Assembly (NCBI GenBank): GCA_002633005.1
Contig: NMRA01000052.1
Location: 1,043,235-1,107,234 of the forward strand
Source: Phoronis australis
Taxonomy: Eukaryota; Animalia; Phoronida
DNA: 64,000 bases
Direction: 5' to 3'
This document shows positions 51,063-63,713 of this stretch, one piece after another (positions within the stretch are counted from its first letter, which is position 1; each line of letters starts with the position of its first letter). Under the pieces are notes generated by a model. The model was not told the DNA's origin. It made no database searches and worked only from the letters and a program-made list of their open reading frames with translations. Position numbers and translations under genes: made by a program.

Positions 51063-52230
51063 AGAGAGAATTGCCCACTTCCTGCTGCAGTTTGCAGAGG
51101 ACCATGCATTGGTCTTACCTGGTGGAGTCCCTGGCTTCAAAAGGACAGATATGCCCATCCTGCCGTCCGAGCACACTAAAATTTCCCTGTGGCGGTTTTA
51201 TCGTGACCTTGCTATACGGAGAGGTATGTGAATCACAACATTGAGCCAACATTTGCTGAGCTATGTGCTGTAACGGTGTGACATCAGCAAAATTTTATCT
51301 GATGTTTAAGCATCAATTGTTCTACTTTAAACATGTTATTAAATAACCATATTATAAAATGTTATTCAAAGGAAGTTGATGCAACACGGCAGTTGTTTAA
51401 ATTAAGACTGCAGTAATTACTAGAAACTTGATTTCGGGATTTCATCACTGACTAATGAATGTTTCCAAATTTCCTAACTTTTAGTTGATGGTTTTGCAAA
51501 CAGTTATTGAAAACACCATAATAATTTGATCAAATAACCATCAATTTTTGATACCAGCATATCACATTTGTTTAGGTCATCGACCAGTTGGAAAATCAAC
51601 TTTTTTAAAGACCTGGAAGGAACATGCGCCGTTCATTGTAGAAGGTCGCCCTACGACAGATCTGTGCTAGAAGTGAAAAGAAAACAATGCGAGAATACAC
51701 AGAAGTGCTAACCTCACAGAGCAACAGAAGCTGGCACTGTTAGGGGAACAATTTCAAAACCTAAAAATTGTAGAAAACGAGAGAAAATTCTACAACGATC
51801 TTGTCAAGACTTGCAAAGCTGTTGCAGCGACTGAAGGGATTTCCAGTCTGGGGCCACATCAGCAGAACTCGGGTGAATTTAGGTTTCACTATTCGTTTGA
51901 TTTTGCCCAGAAGGTGCATCTCCCACACAGTCCTCTACAGCCCGGGCCACTGTACTTCCTTGTGCCTCACAAAGTTGGGATTTTTGGCATTTGTGCTGAT
52001 GGACTGCCGCAACAAGTGAACTACCTCACAGACGAGGGGACGAGTTCAGGAAAGGGATCGGACATGTGGTTTCCCTCCTACATCATTTCTTTGAGAACTA
52101 TGGCATTGGCGAGAAATGTATGGACCTGCATTGCAATAATTGCAGTGGGTAGAAAAAAAAAAAAGTATGTACTGTGGTATATGGTGTGTCGTACACTTTG
52201 TGAACTTCACAGTGAAATCACAATAAATTA
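51063..52230 (+). mobile_element. Sola-like transposase fragment (longer copy, with intron)
   Basis: FAEDHALVLPG.VPGFKR...LPS plus the HYSFDFAQ/QPGPLYF block. Confidence 0.7.
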
Positions 52231-55200
52231 TTATGAATGTGGACGTTAGTTTTGTAATTCCAGTCAAGTTTGACTTTTCTGCTGGGCAGTCTGTGTTCTA
52301 AAACATCACACTTATTTTTTGGCTTTGGCACATGTTGATTTGAAGGCATACTTAGTGTAAGAGTTTTTGTAATTTAACTATGTTTGCAAGGTAGCATTAT
52401 TTAATTTTGTTTGCTACTTGAGTCATTTTACAGTACGTCAGCCACTGTCCACAGTTTTTGCAGCAATGCAAAAATGCCACAAAGATGTGAACACTGAACA
52501 TTGCAAAAAATATCCAAGAAAATGTCACTAAACTGTGAAATTGTTAGATGCACTATGTATGGTGAGTGTGGAAAGTTATATTAAAATTGGTTCATGGTTG
52601 CTATGGAAATCTTGACTTTGAATTTCTGTTAACTTTGACCTCAATTATCTCAAAGACATAGTCCCAGACGTCTGCATATAATCCTTCCTAACTTTCATTA
52701 ATATGGTCAGATCTGAAAACGGTTTTCACCATTAAAAAGAGCATGAAAATTTCTCTCAGAAAGTGTGAAAAGTAAAAATATAAATTTGGTGCATTACGAA
52801 TCATATTGTGGTGGAGGATCACAACTTTAGATTGACCTGGAGGACAGTGAACTGACATTAGAATTCATTTATAATATATTAGAATTATTGTACCAAAATC
52901 TATTGTTCCCATAGCTCATTGACAATAATTTTAACAGGAAACTGTAAAAAAATGTTTAGGTACGGACTTGACATGTAAATAAAAGATCAATTTCTCTTGT
53001 GACTTCAATTCTTCATCCAGTATGAAAGAAAATTTGTGTGCGATTTTCTGGGAATTCAATTTATAGTACAGTCACTTTACAAAGAACCTTAGTCCAGTCA
53101 CTCTAAAAGCTAATAATTAAATGTTTAACATTTAGTACTCAAAATTGGTGTCATATGCATGCTTTTCATGAACATTAGGTAACTGATTTTAGAGGAAATT
53201 AGTGCCAGCAAACCAAATGACAGTGATCAGCTGTCGCTTGTTCTTAGCCAGTCTTGGTGGATTTCATACCGAGATGAGCTTTCTGGGATTTATTGGATAC
53301 GTAATCTCAGGCACCAGGCTTCAAGTTCTTGAGACAGAGTATGCACCAAACGGTATGATCCATATGTTAAATTGAAAACGTGTGGACAGAGCAGTGAGGG
53401 GGCATATGTTGGTAGACTCAGCACTGAATGCTCTCATAAAAGCCAGAACATTCAACATCCCACTTCCAAATATTGACAGATCAAGTAACGCCAATCCAGA
53501 ACCAATGACTTAAGGATTTCAAGAGAGAAGTTCCGGTTCTTCAGATATTCAAGGAGTCCCGAGTGCCACCAACACAGAACACAGAACACACAGATTCCAT
53601 GCCAAGAGGTGGAGCGATTCCATGCCAAGAGGTGGAGCAATTCAATGCTTGTACACAAACGTTGGCTCGTCATAATATATGGCGACAGATTCTTCAGATA
53701 TCTCAACTGATCACATAACTAGACTGCATGGGACATGCAATGCACAGGTAGTGTCTTCCGATTCTGAACCTTGGATTACAGTGGAAAACACTCGCAAGAG
53801 TTCACTTCTGGTTTCCGACATACTGCCACTGCATGGTATATTCAAACAGGACTGAATAAGGGTTTTTTGAATTCGCAGTGACAGAATGGTTTGTCAGGAG
53901 AATCAATGGCCACCTTGCAACTAGTAAACTACACATCAAATCAATATGAAATCTCCATTTGAGATATTCATTTACATTCAAAATTTTCTATTAAACCCCA
54001 TCTTGTCACATGACGCCATCCAACATCATTGAAGTAGAACAAATGTATTATACATCAGCGCACTAGATTTCTTCACAGAAGAAATCGAAATTAACAAAGG
54101 TAATGATTTCTAGGTTAAAAAGCATGATTTCGAACCATCAAGTATTAAGTCGACCCTAGTAAGTGCCCATTCATACTTCAGTTATAAAGAGTAAGTTGAT
54201 TTCATAATAAACGATACAGTGTGGTAAATAAAGTATTCTGAATCTTTCAGTTGGATCTAAGTAAAGACTTTGATGAACCAATTAAAAAAAAGATAAAATA
54301 CAGACAAGCTGGAGGAAGAAAGCCTGCTACACCCACGGTCAGAAATGTTGCTTTCCAACGGTTTATTGATATCAGGGGATCATTAAAAGGTAGAATGTCA
54401 TGAAAACCTTTTCGCCTGGAATGCCAGAACTATATCAAAATTATCTAAACGTCTTGGTTATGATGTTCCAGTAGTTGAAGTTTTCTAACAAATTAAATTT
54501 AATTCGTTAAATGCATTTATCGTCATTATTTTGACATTTGTCTCTTTATTTTGATATCAACCCTTAGGGTTTATTTTGCATTACTCATTTCTATTTATAG
54601 GCTCAAGGGCCTACTTTTGTATTCATACATTTCTCTATGCGACACCTGATTGGTCCCCCATATTTTCTTTGTTCAGTTCAACGTGGTCTCACTCAGCCAC
54701 CTACCTCGTCTTCTACAAGACCTACGTTCGTTCTCTGCATTTTTTTGCATTTTTCGTTTCCTTTTGACTCTTGACCCCTTACTCCATTCGGGTGTGATGC
54801 TCAGCCACTTCTCGTTCCTCTGCTTTACTTCGTCCTTTTCAAGGTAAGTCCCGTTTTTGATTTTAACCTTCCGTTTCATTTACGTTATACCTCATGTCGC
54901 CCCATGTACTCATCCTTGGCAGTTTGTATGTCTGTTGGCTGGACAACTTCGTGTCCGACCTTCCCCAGGCCCGCTACCTCCATAACTACGGCTTCCGACC
55001 TTCCCTGGTCACCATTTCATTCCTGGGCATCTCTGGCGGGACACTTCTCCCTGCCCCGAAGTCCATCCAACCGGCCACCCGTTCCCTCCCTCGTTTCCCT
55101 CCCGACAGATCGGAGGGAATGACCTCCACTCCACCTACATCGAACCACATGCCTTGGCCACGCATCATGTTTCTTTCGCTCGTTTTTTGTTATTTGCCTA

Positions 55201-58200
55201 CGACATCCGACGTGTTTTAGTCGGACAGGCGTTTCATCGATTACACGAAGGGAGGCGCTTTCGTTCTCGCCTTCTAGCCTTCAACTCATCCCTTAAATCC
55301 CTCCTGTCCCACGAGCCTCACATTTATTTTTGGACTCACAAGGGAGATTTTTGGGCTAACCCCAACCACCTCTACCGCCCGGACGGGGTCTACTTTAACC
55401 ACTCAGGCCTTCATAAACAAGCCTTCAGCGTTCGCGTGGCCATTGGTCACCACCTTCGCGAACTGGGATTTATGGATTCGTGATTGTATGCTAAAGTATC
55501 GAGTTAGTCTAAACAAACCAAATAAACAATTCAGACAAATGAAGAACGCATCATCTGAATAAGTGAATTTATAAAGAATGTGTGGTATCTCCACCAAGAG
55601 GTGTGAAGTTAAAGGCAAGAGTCTCTGAATGTGTTCCAGAAGATGAGGGGTATTTTAAGAGTCCACAGCATCACAGTGTATTTCAAGTTGCTTGATGATT
55701 ACTGGAGTATGAAATTTTTTGTTGCACTGTATTGTAAGAATTGACAGTAGACAACCAATCTCAATTCATATTCATGTCATTTTACTAATTTGCAACACAA
55801 AAGATCTATCAAGTATAGCCATATGGTGAATAATAGGCAAAAAGACGATCAGACAAATAAATTAGGATGCTTCTTTTAATTGTCATTTTTCATTTTAGAT
55901 ACATTTTACATAAAGGTATGAAAACCACCTTCTTGAAAATGAAACGCGTTGCACATGGGACTGCTGATGCCATTTACCAAACACTTCTAAGTGTTTTAGA
56001 AGAGTATGAGGTGCCACTAAGGAAGGTGACAACTTTTGGCTCAGATGGAGCAAGTGTAATGGTTGGTCAGAATAATAGTGAGGCATCCAAGCTTTGTACT
56101 TGTCAGCCTTTTTGTGTGTGTGTTCATTGTGCATGTCACAGACTGCACCTGGCAGTAAGTCAAGCATGCAGAAACAACAGAAACATGAATGTATGTAAAG
56201 CAGTTTCAATTGCTGCATGTAATTTGATTTTTAAATTTTACTACATTTCGAAATCAAAATGACAGCATTTAAATTTAAATTTTCCAGACACTGGAACGGA
56301 CTCTTGGATTAATTTACTCTTTTGTCCAGTGTTCAGAAGTCAAGGGCATTGCTGACATCCTAAACAGTGAAAGTGTAAAGTTCAAAAGATTGTTTGAGAT
56401 CCGATGGTTGTCTATGAGTGAAAGCTTTATAGCCTTAATAAGAAACACGGAGCCTCTTCTGGTTTTGTTGAGCCATGAAGCAAATAACAGGGATCCAGTG
56501 GCGCAAGCAATCCACACAAGCCTATCGAACTACAAAAGTGTTGCTCTTCTATTCTTAGTTGAAGATATCATGGATGCCATGTCTCATTTATCCAGAATCC
56601 TGCACTTTAGAGATGTATGCTTTGGTACACTTAAAAGCGCTGTACGGTGAAGTTTTGTGATGTATTCATATCTTGTATTAGTTTTTGAGCAATCAAGACA
56701 TGCATTAAACTATTCCATGACACATTGCTTAGGCTTTAAAGTTATGCAGTCAGGATGTGAATATGGTAATGACATATCTTGATTGTTTCATTTCGGGTCC
56801 AAGCTTGTCGTGATACATTACAAGACATGGCTTTTAATGATGGGCCTGACTTGACAGATTTTAAAGCACAACTGACTGCAGGAAACAGTGTCTTCAAGGG
56901 CACCGTTATCAGTAACCACACTCTAACAGGTGATGTAGTCTCACAGCAACAATTGTTTGAGCACTTGGCTGCCATTGTGGAGAAAATCAACAACAGATTT
57001 CCTGACGTGAACTCGTTGGATGCCATGCAGGTAATGATGTTCATCAACAAAAATTTGTTAAATTTCGATTTGAACACGACATGGAAAAGAATAAGGTAAA
57101 ACCTCTTTATTTATAGATATTTGATCGAAGAGCCTACCCTTATGCCCTTCACAACTGCTGGGTAACAAACTACCTTGATGTTCCTTTGGGACACTATGGT
57201 GTTTCAAAGGACGGACATCCCCCTATGGTGGACCCTGATGTAACTATACTATGTGCATGCAGGTGTTGATTAAGAAATGTGCGTCATAGTCTCTTGACAA
57301 AACTAGTGAACTTGATCAACTAAATGAAAAACTTCATTCTCATTGCAGGTGCGGAAAAGATGCGAGAGACCATCTGGTCAACAATTTTTCACTGCATGTC
57401 AACAGACGAAGTTCTGAGGCATCACCGTTGTCCAATTGGCAAGGAAAGCTGGTGTGTTTTTCAGCACGCGAAGGTGGAAGGAAAACTTGCACTTAAACAC
57501 CAACATGTCATCCATAATGACTTATCCATTAAGTTTTGAGAGAAATGATCACCCTCTATGAGAGGTTGTCTGATTTAAGTCTATTGAAAAAATGGAGCAT
57601 GGCCAAACAGAAAATTCAAACAAATGTTCGAACAATCTCAATTGGATTCAATGCCCCAAAGCAGTGTTTGCTGGTAAGAGGAAAGTTGTGGCAACTGTGG
57701 CTGCGGTTGCACCAGTTTTAACGAGGGTGCTGTGTATTTGACCAAACTTAAGACTAACTTGCTCTTTGCGGAGATTTGCTCCAGTGACGCCAGTCTCAAA
57801 AACAAAGTCGGGGTGATCCACCTGTGTGAATCTCTGGCAATCCCCGCCTTGAGGAAAGCTATGACTTTGTATTTGACCATCTGAAGCATCAGTGTGGCAA
57901 GGACTTGGGTTTGCATCACCATTGTTTTGGAGGTGCGCCCAAGGAGGTGCTGTGGTGCACTGCTTTTTTAAGAACTTCTACTTTGGTCTTGCCAGTCATG
58001 TGAAACGGTTTTTGAAATTCCTGAACAAGGGCTCACGGAGGTGTCAAGTGAATCGACTCTTACTTGAGTCTGATTCCCTGCACCTTGCAATTGAGCAAGC
58101 TCCAACGGTGCCCCAATACCTGGGGAGGTAGCTGCCTGGAGGTTGCAAAGCATTCTTGTCGTTCGCTGCACGAGCTGCTGGTTGCGTCCACCAGGAATTA

Positions 58201-61200
58201 CCTTTTACCCAATGACAAAGTCATGGAAGATGGAGGTTTTACTATTAATTGATGACTTACTGTTTCCAAGACGAGTTAAGTTTAACATACCAGCTATCAC
58301 CAAAGGTAAGACACAGCTTAGCCAAAAAGATCTGACAAAAACACGACTCATTGTCACAGTAAGAATCCATGTGGAGTGAGCAATACGAAGAAATGTTTTC
58401 AAAATTTTGAGTTCCATTATTCTAGTGTCAAGCACAAAATCGATGGATGACTTCTTTTTTGCTTGTCAACTTTTTTCACACCCGAGTATTCTAAACACTT
58501 TAATTGCTTACAGGCAGTCAATTGCCAAGTAACTCCTCTGCTGGCTGAAAGAGTCTGTTGCCATGAGATGGCAAAAGTGGTGGCAAAGCTCCAGAAAGAA
58601 GTGGAGAGAGGAGTCATCTCTCAACCTAGAAAGTGCGTCAAGGACCACGCACGTTTTGACCGTTTGGTTAGACGCAGGCGTTCTAGAGACCAGCTGGGAG
58701 CAGTACAAATTTCACAACACTGATGGGTATGAGTGGCCATACGACAAGAAAATGCGGCACATCGGGTATCGCTAATTTCAGCGATGGATTCATGGCTTTT
58801 TGGGACGGTGGGTCAGAGTCGTCGCGCCTGCATGTGCTGTTGCAAAGATCCAGGCACACTATCCACCACTTGGGAATGAAGAGGATTTTGTTTTCACTGG
58901 TTTTGCTTTTGATTGATTATTACAATGTGGAACAGAGTGTCCATGATAAACAGTATCGTAATGTATATTAAGCTTGTGCATTGGTAAAAGCAAAACACTT
59001 TCCACAGTATTTTCTTAGTACGTAATCCTTTCTATTTTATAATAGCAACCAGCAGCTCTACAAAACTCCAACATCAGCGTACTAGATTTCTTAACTGAAT
59101 AAATAGAGTGCACTGATGTATAACACAAAGATTACCAAAATATAAGGTGTCACTAAGGAAGGTGACAACTTTTGGCTCAGATGGAGCAAGTGTAATGGTT
59201 GGTCGGAATAATGGTGATGCATCCAAGCTTTGTACTTATCAGCCTTTTTGTGTGTGTGTTCATTGGGCGTGTGACAGGCTGCATCTGGCAGTACATCAAG
59301 CATGCAGAAACAAAAACAAACATGAAATGTAAAGAAGGAAGTTTCTAGTTTTTGTGTTCAATTGCTGTATGTAATTTGATTTTTAAATTTCACATTTTAA
59401 AAACAAAATGACAGCATTTAAATTGAAGTTTTCCAGGCACTAGAACGGACTCTTGGATTAATTTACTCTTTTGTCCAGTGTTCAGAGGTCTACCTACAAC
59501 TGTTCAAGGGCATTGCTGACATAATAAACTGTGAAAGCGTGAAGTTCAAAAGATTGTTCGAGATCCAGCGGTTGTCTATGAGTGAAAGCTTTATAGCCGT
59601 AATAAGAAACACGGAGCCTCTTCCGGTTATGCTGAGCCGTGGGCACATAACAGGGATCCAGTGGCGCAAGCAATCCACACAAGCCTATCGAACTACAAAA
59701 GTGTTGCTCTTCTATTCTTAGTTGAAGATGATATCATGGATGCCATGTCTCATTTATCCAGAATCCTGCACTTTAGAGATGTATGCTTTAGAACACTTAA
59801 AAGCGCTGTACGTTGAACTTTTGTAATGTACTCATATCTTGTATATATTTTTTAGATATCACACATGCATAAAACTATGCCACGACACACTGCTTTGGTT
59901 TTAAAATTGCAAAGTGTTTTGCAGTATGATGTGAATATGGTAATTACTTAATTTGATTGCTTCATTTCAGGTCAGGGCTTGCCGTGATATGTTACAGGAC
60001 ATAGCTTTTAATGATGGGCCCAATTTGACAGATTTTTAAAGCACAACTGACTGCAGGAAACAGCGTCTTCAAGGGCACCGTTATTAGTAGTCAGTAATAC
60101 TATAACAGATGAATTCTCACACTTCTACACAACGTCAGCGTCAAACTAGAAATTAAAGAGTAGCTGATGTTGTCAACACACTCGACGAAATCGACCCAAA
60201 TGACAGTGATATTGAGGAAGATTCCACAGACGATGAAGATTATGAAATACCCGAGGACCAGTCCAGAACTACAGTGCTAAAGGAATCTTCTGATGAAGAT
60301 GAAGCTGTGCCCCAACCTGCTGCACCACAGCCTTCTACGTCCAAGAAGAATGCTTATAAATGGACCAAATCTCAGTTCGTGTCACCCGATGCTATCTTCA
60401 GACTGAGGGAAGTTGTTAGATTGGCCTGATGATTGTCAGTTACCATCGCCTATAAATTTTTGTATGATTTTGTAACTGATGATATGCTGGACTTGCTTGC
60501 AGAGATGTCTAATCAGTACAGTGTAGAAAAAACTGAAAAGTTTGTTGACACTGATAAAACTGAACTGAAGAAAATGATTGGTATGTTTTTGAGGATGGGT
60601 CTGACAAAAATGTCAGGTAATCGCAGTTAATGGGAGTCTGACACTAGGTATTATTGAACCCGTGGCAAGTGTGATGAGCCGAAATCGGTTTCAGTTACTA
60701 CTAACATCACTACACTTTGTCAACAACACTGCTAGTGATGAGGACAAGAAGGATAAACTGTGGAAAGTATGCCCTCGGCTTGAGAAATTTAGACAGAATT
60801 GCCAGAAACTTGTTCCCGAGGACATATGTAAGACATAGCTGTTGTAGAGTGTATTGCATCTCCACGTTGATTTAAAATGTTTTTGAAGACAATTTTTGAT
60901 CTCAAGTTGAAATAAAACTGATTATCTTCAACTGAACATTTGTTTTATTGTGACCAATATTTGGTCTTTTTTCGACCCTCAAGTCCCATTGGGTCACCGG
61001 TGGAACAATTAAGAAAAATTAATTAGCAAGCGTGAAAAATTTTTTGACCCTACTCTTTTGTTTTTAGGCCTATTAGAGAAATGTTCAAGTGGAAAATAAT
61101 ATTTTTAATCAATTTGAAATTAATTTGGGCCCCTGAGGGGTAATTACTTACTTTGCTTGCTTCATTTCAGGTCAGGGCTTGCCGTGATACGTTACAGGAC

Positions 61201-61389
61201 ATAGCTTTTAATGATGGGCCCAATTTGACAGATTTTAAAGCACAACTGACTGCAGGAAACAGCGTCTTCAAGGGCACCGTTATCAGTAGTCAGTAAATTT
61301 CATTTCTTCCTGCACCCCCTCCGTACCTCCCCCTTCCGCGCCACGCGCCTAAGAGTAGCAAGTTGCCTGACTCCTCATGAATATGGACC

Positions 61390-61760
61390 CCAACTTTTTC
61401 AATCCTAGATGAGTCCATGGTTACACGTCTCTACAAACATGTACACTTCAGAGGCATACACCCCTTTGCAGAGTGGAAATGTGTAAGTCAAGAAGATGAA
61501 GGCAGAGAAGACTACAAAAACAGCTTGAAGATAATCCATTTCACCAGTGTTTATCCTCTCTCCAATGCATGCTGGGAGAGAACTTTCTCAGCCATGAAGC
61601 ATACAAACAGTGATTGGAGATGAAGACAGGACACTGACACCTTAAACGGACATTTGAAAAGAAGTCTACTCTAAGTGGGCCAAAGTTCAATCATTTTGAA
61701 GCCATGACAATAGTGCAGAGATGGTGGCTTGCAGGCCAGAGAAGAAGATGGCCCAATACA
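61390..61760 (+). mobile_element. hAT C-terminal dimerisation-domain fragment
   Basis: VYPLSNACWERTFSAMKHTNSDWR. Confidence 0.75.
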
Positions 61761-62817
61761 CTGACATAGAGACCCAAAAACTAAGGAATGACATTAAAGC
61801 TGCTGGATCCTGGTTGTCTAAAATTTTTGATTATAAACTCTGACACATATAAAAATTCAAGGTGTATTTGAATTTTAGCCATCTGACGGGTATTTTTACA
61901 ACCACTGTCACTACTAGTCATGATACTTGCGCTTGCAAGATTGGGTTTCAGTGACAGTGTCAGACATAATGGCTGTGACGGTCTCTGTTCAATGTGATTA
62001 GAGGCATTAAGTCGATACACCCTCCAGATTGAATGGCACCAAGGCAATGTTCACATTAATGTATTTGCAGAAGAGGAAATGTGCTGCAATTATTGGACAG
62101 GGAATCCAGTTCAGGATTTACATTGTATTGGAGCGTATCAGAAGTAGGATGATTTTGATGCACAAGTCAGGCAAATGATTTGATGTCTTTGGCTCATAAG
62201 TCAGAAGTGGTCAAACTTGAGCGGGTTGGTGGGATTGGAAATGGGACAGCTATACTGACCATTGATTGTATTGACGATTCCGTGGCATTTCGAGTTGAGG
62301 GTGAGGAAAACACCATGGTAAGGGGAAGCGTATGGCTTAATATGGTTGATGTTAACTCATTTAGTGACAAGGCAAGCAACACCTCTAATTATATGGTACT
62401 GCAATTCATTGTGCAGGGCCCAGTTTTATCAAAGCACACACACACATGACACTGTTACACCTTAACTGGTTTTCACTGGCACACAGTTCATTCCTTACAA
62501 ACCACAAGCGCATTTCCAACAATGCTAAAACGCTCTCAAATCTAAAACCAGATACTGATGGTCTTACTTCAGTACACAACAGTATCAGTTACCAAAGCTA
62601 CACATACTTCAAACATTGTCAGCACTTTACTTCTGGTTTACATGACCAACTTTCTCACCTTAGAAAGTTAATCACTGACCAGCTGACCAGCATTTTCTCA
62701 AATACCTTCTGGCCAACATGCCAATGAAACCCTTTAAAACTATGTAAACCATCAATGACATTGCACAACTTCTCAAATCCTACTCCAGTACAGGTAACAA
62801 CTGACACACGCTGACTC

Positions 62818-63042
62818 TCACAGGTCTACCTCATTCATTGCGTCACCCCTACCACCAAGCATCTTCCTCAAGTCTACACCCGTTCTGTCCACCGCCATCA
62901 GAGGTTTCATGGCAGCCATAAGACTGCTGTAGAGATTCGGGAATAGAACTTCTTGAGCAGCCAACAGCTGCTTCGTACGGTGTCGCTCTTTGGGTGCCTC
63001 AAAGCATGCCGGGCAATTTTCAGCAATCACTGGCAGGCAATT
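62818..63042 (-). CDS. TtcA-like (PP-loop tRNA 2-thiolase) domain protein, last coding exon
   Basis: Acceptor tttcAG; NCLPVIAENCPACFEAPKERHRTKQLLAAQEVLFPNLYSSL...DL-stop. Confidence 0.85.
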   Translation of the reverse strand, partial: NCLPVIAENCPACFEAPKERHRTKQLLAAQEVLFPNLYSSLMAAMKPLMAVDRTGVDLRKMLGGRGDAMNEVDL

Positions 63043-63424
63043 CTGAAACATCATGATTTCCAGTACAAACAAAAACACTGTTGACTTTAACTGCTCCAGA
63101 TTTAATTGGACTGTCAAACATAAAATTATGAATTTGAAAATGACCCCCGTATGCTTTAACAGTAACTTGAGTTGGCAGCTGATTCGGCAACAATTCAAGA
63201 ACAGATGAGCGTGGTAATGTTCTTAAACCTGGCGATGCTTCAGTTAAGAATTCAACATCGACAGTTAAACAGCAGTGGAATGCCCCAATAAGTAACAGTC
63301 AAGCAAACAAGTAACGCCAAAAGACAATTAAGTAAACTTTCAACAATTCAATCCAAAATATTGAAGACTCAAAAACGACCTACAAAAGACTAATTAACAA
63401 CACTGATACATGACTAATACAAAC

Positions 63425-63497
63425 CTGCTCAGCAAAACTTCGCAAATCTTTTTCTCGCACATAAACAAAAGGCCTGATAACTCGCAGATCGCCTTCC
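63425..63497 (-). CDS. TtcA-like domain protein, penultimate exon
   Basis: AG/GT-bounded, phase-compatible; EGDLRVIRPFVYVREKDLRSFAEQ (IRP motif of the TtcA/PP-loop family). Confidence 0.88.
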
Positions 63498-63650
63498 CTG
63501 AAATAGACAATGATTACAACCTTTAATTCCCAACCCGCAGATATAACAAATCAAGCATTGAAACTGAGTTACAACCAACCAAAACCAAAAACCATAACAT
63601 AATTTTCAAAAGCCAACAATTACCTCGTAAGCATTCAATACAATACTTAC

Positions 63651-63713
63651 TCCACAGTGTAATTTGCTTTCATCGTCCTCAGTGCACCGTTGTGAAACAC
63701 GGACATCAGAAAG
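63651..63713 (-). CDS. TtcA-like domain protein, internal exon
   Basis: AG/GTAAGT-bounded; FLMSVFHNGALRTMKANYTVE, in frame with the next exon. Confidence 0.85.

Larger units (their letters stand above)
48314..60848 (+). repeat. Direct segmental duplicate of 24570-42490 (same mosaic of TE fragments)
   Basis: Colinear high identity; lacks the BEL insert 36461-40903 and ~35370-35735, and has an extra ~50715-51320. Confidence 0.95.

Noticed and set aside
7591-61770. Single giant cargo-carrying transposon (Pack-MULE, Helitron or Teratorn-like)
   Set aside because: No matching outer termini, TSD or intact mobilising gene seen, and nested insertions with their own LTR edges and TSD indicate stepwise growth; not fully excluded without a genome-wide copy search.
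62180-62727. ORFs 62180-62449 and 62446-62727
   Set aside because: No recognisable motifs; probably TtcA-like 3' UTR.
63043-63198. N-terminal part of ORF 62818-63198
   Set aside because: Intronic; the real exon starts at the AG acceptor at 63042.
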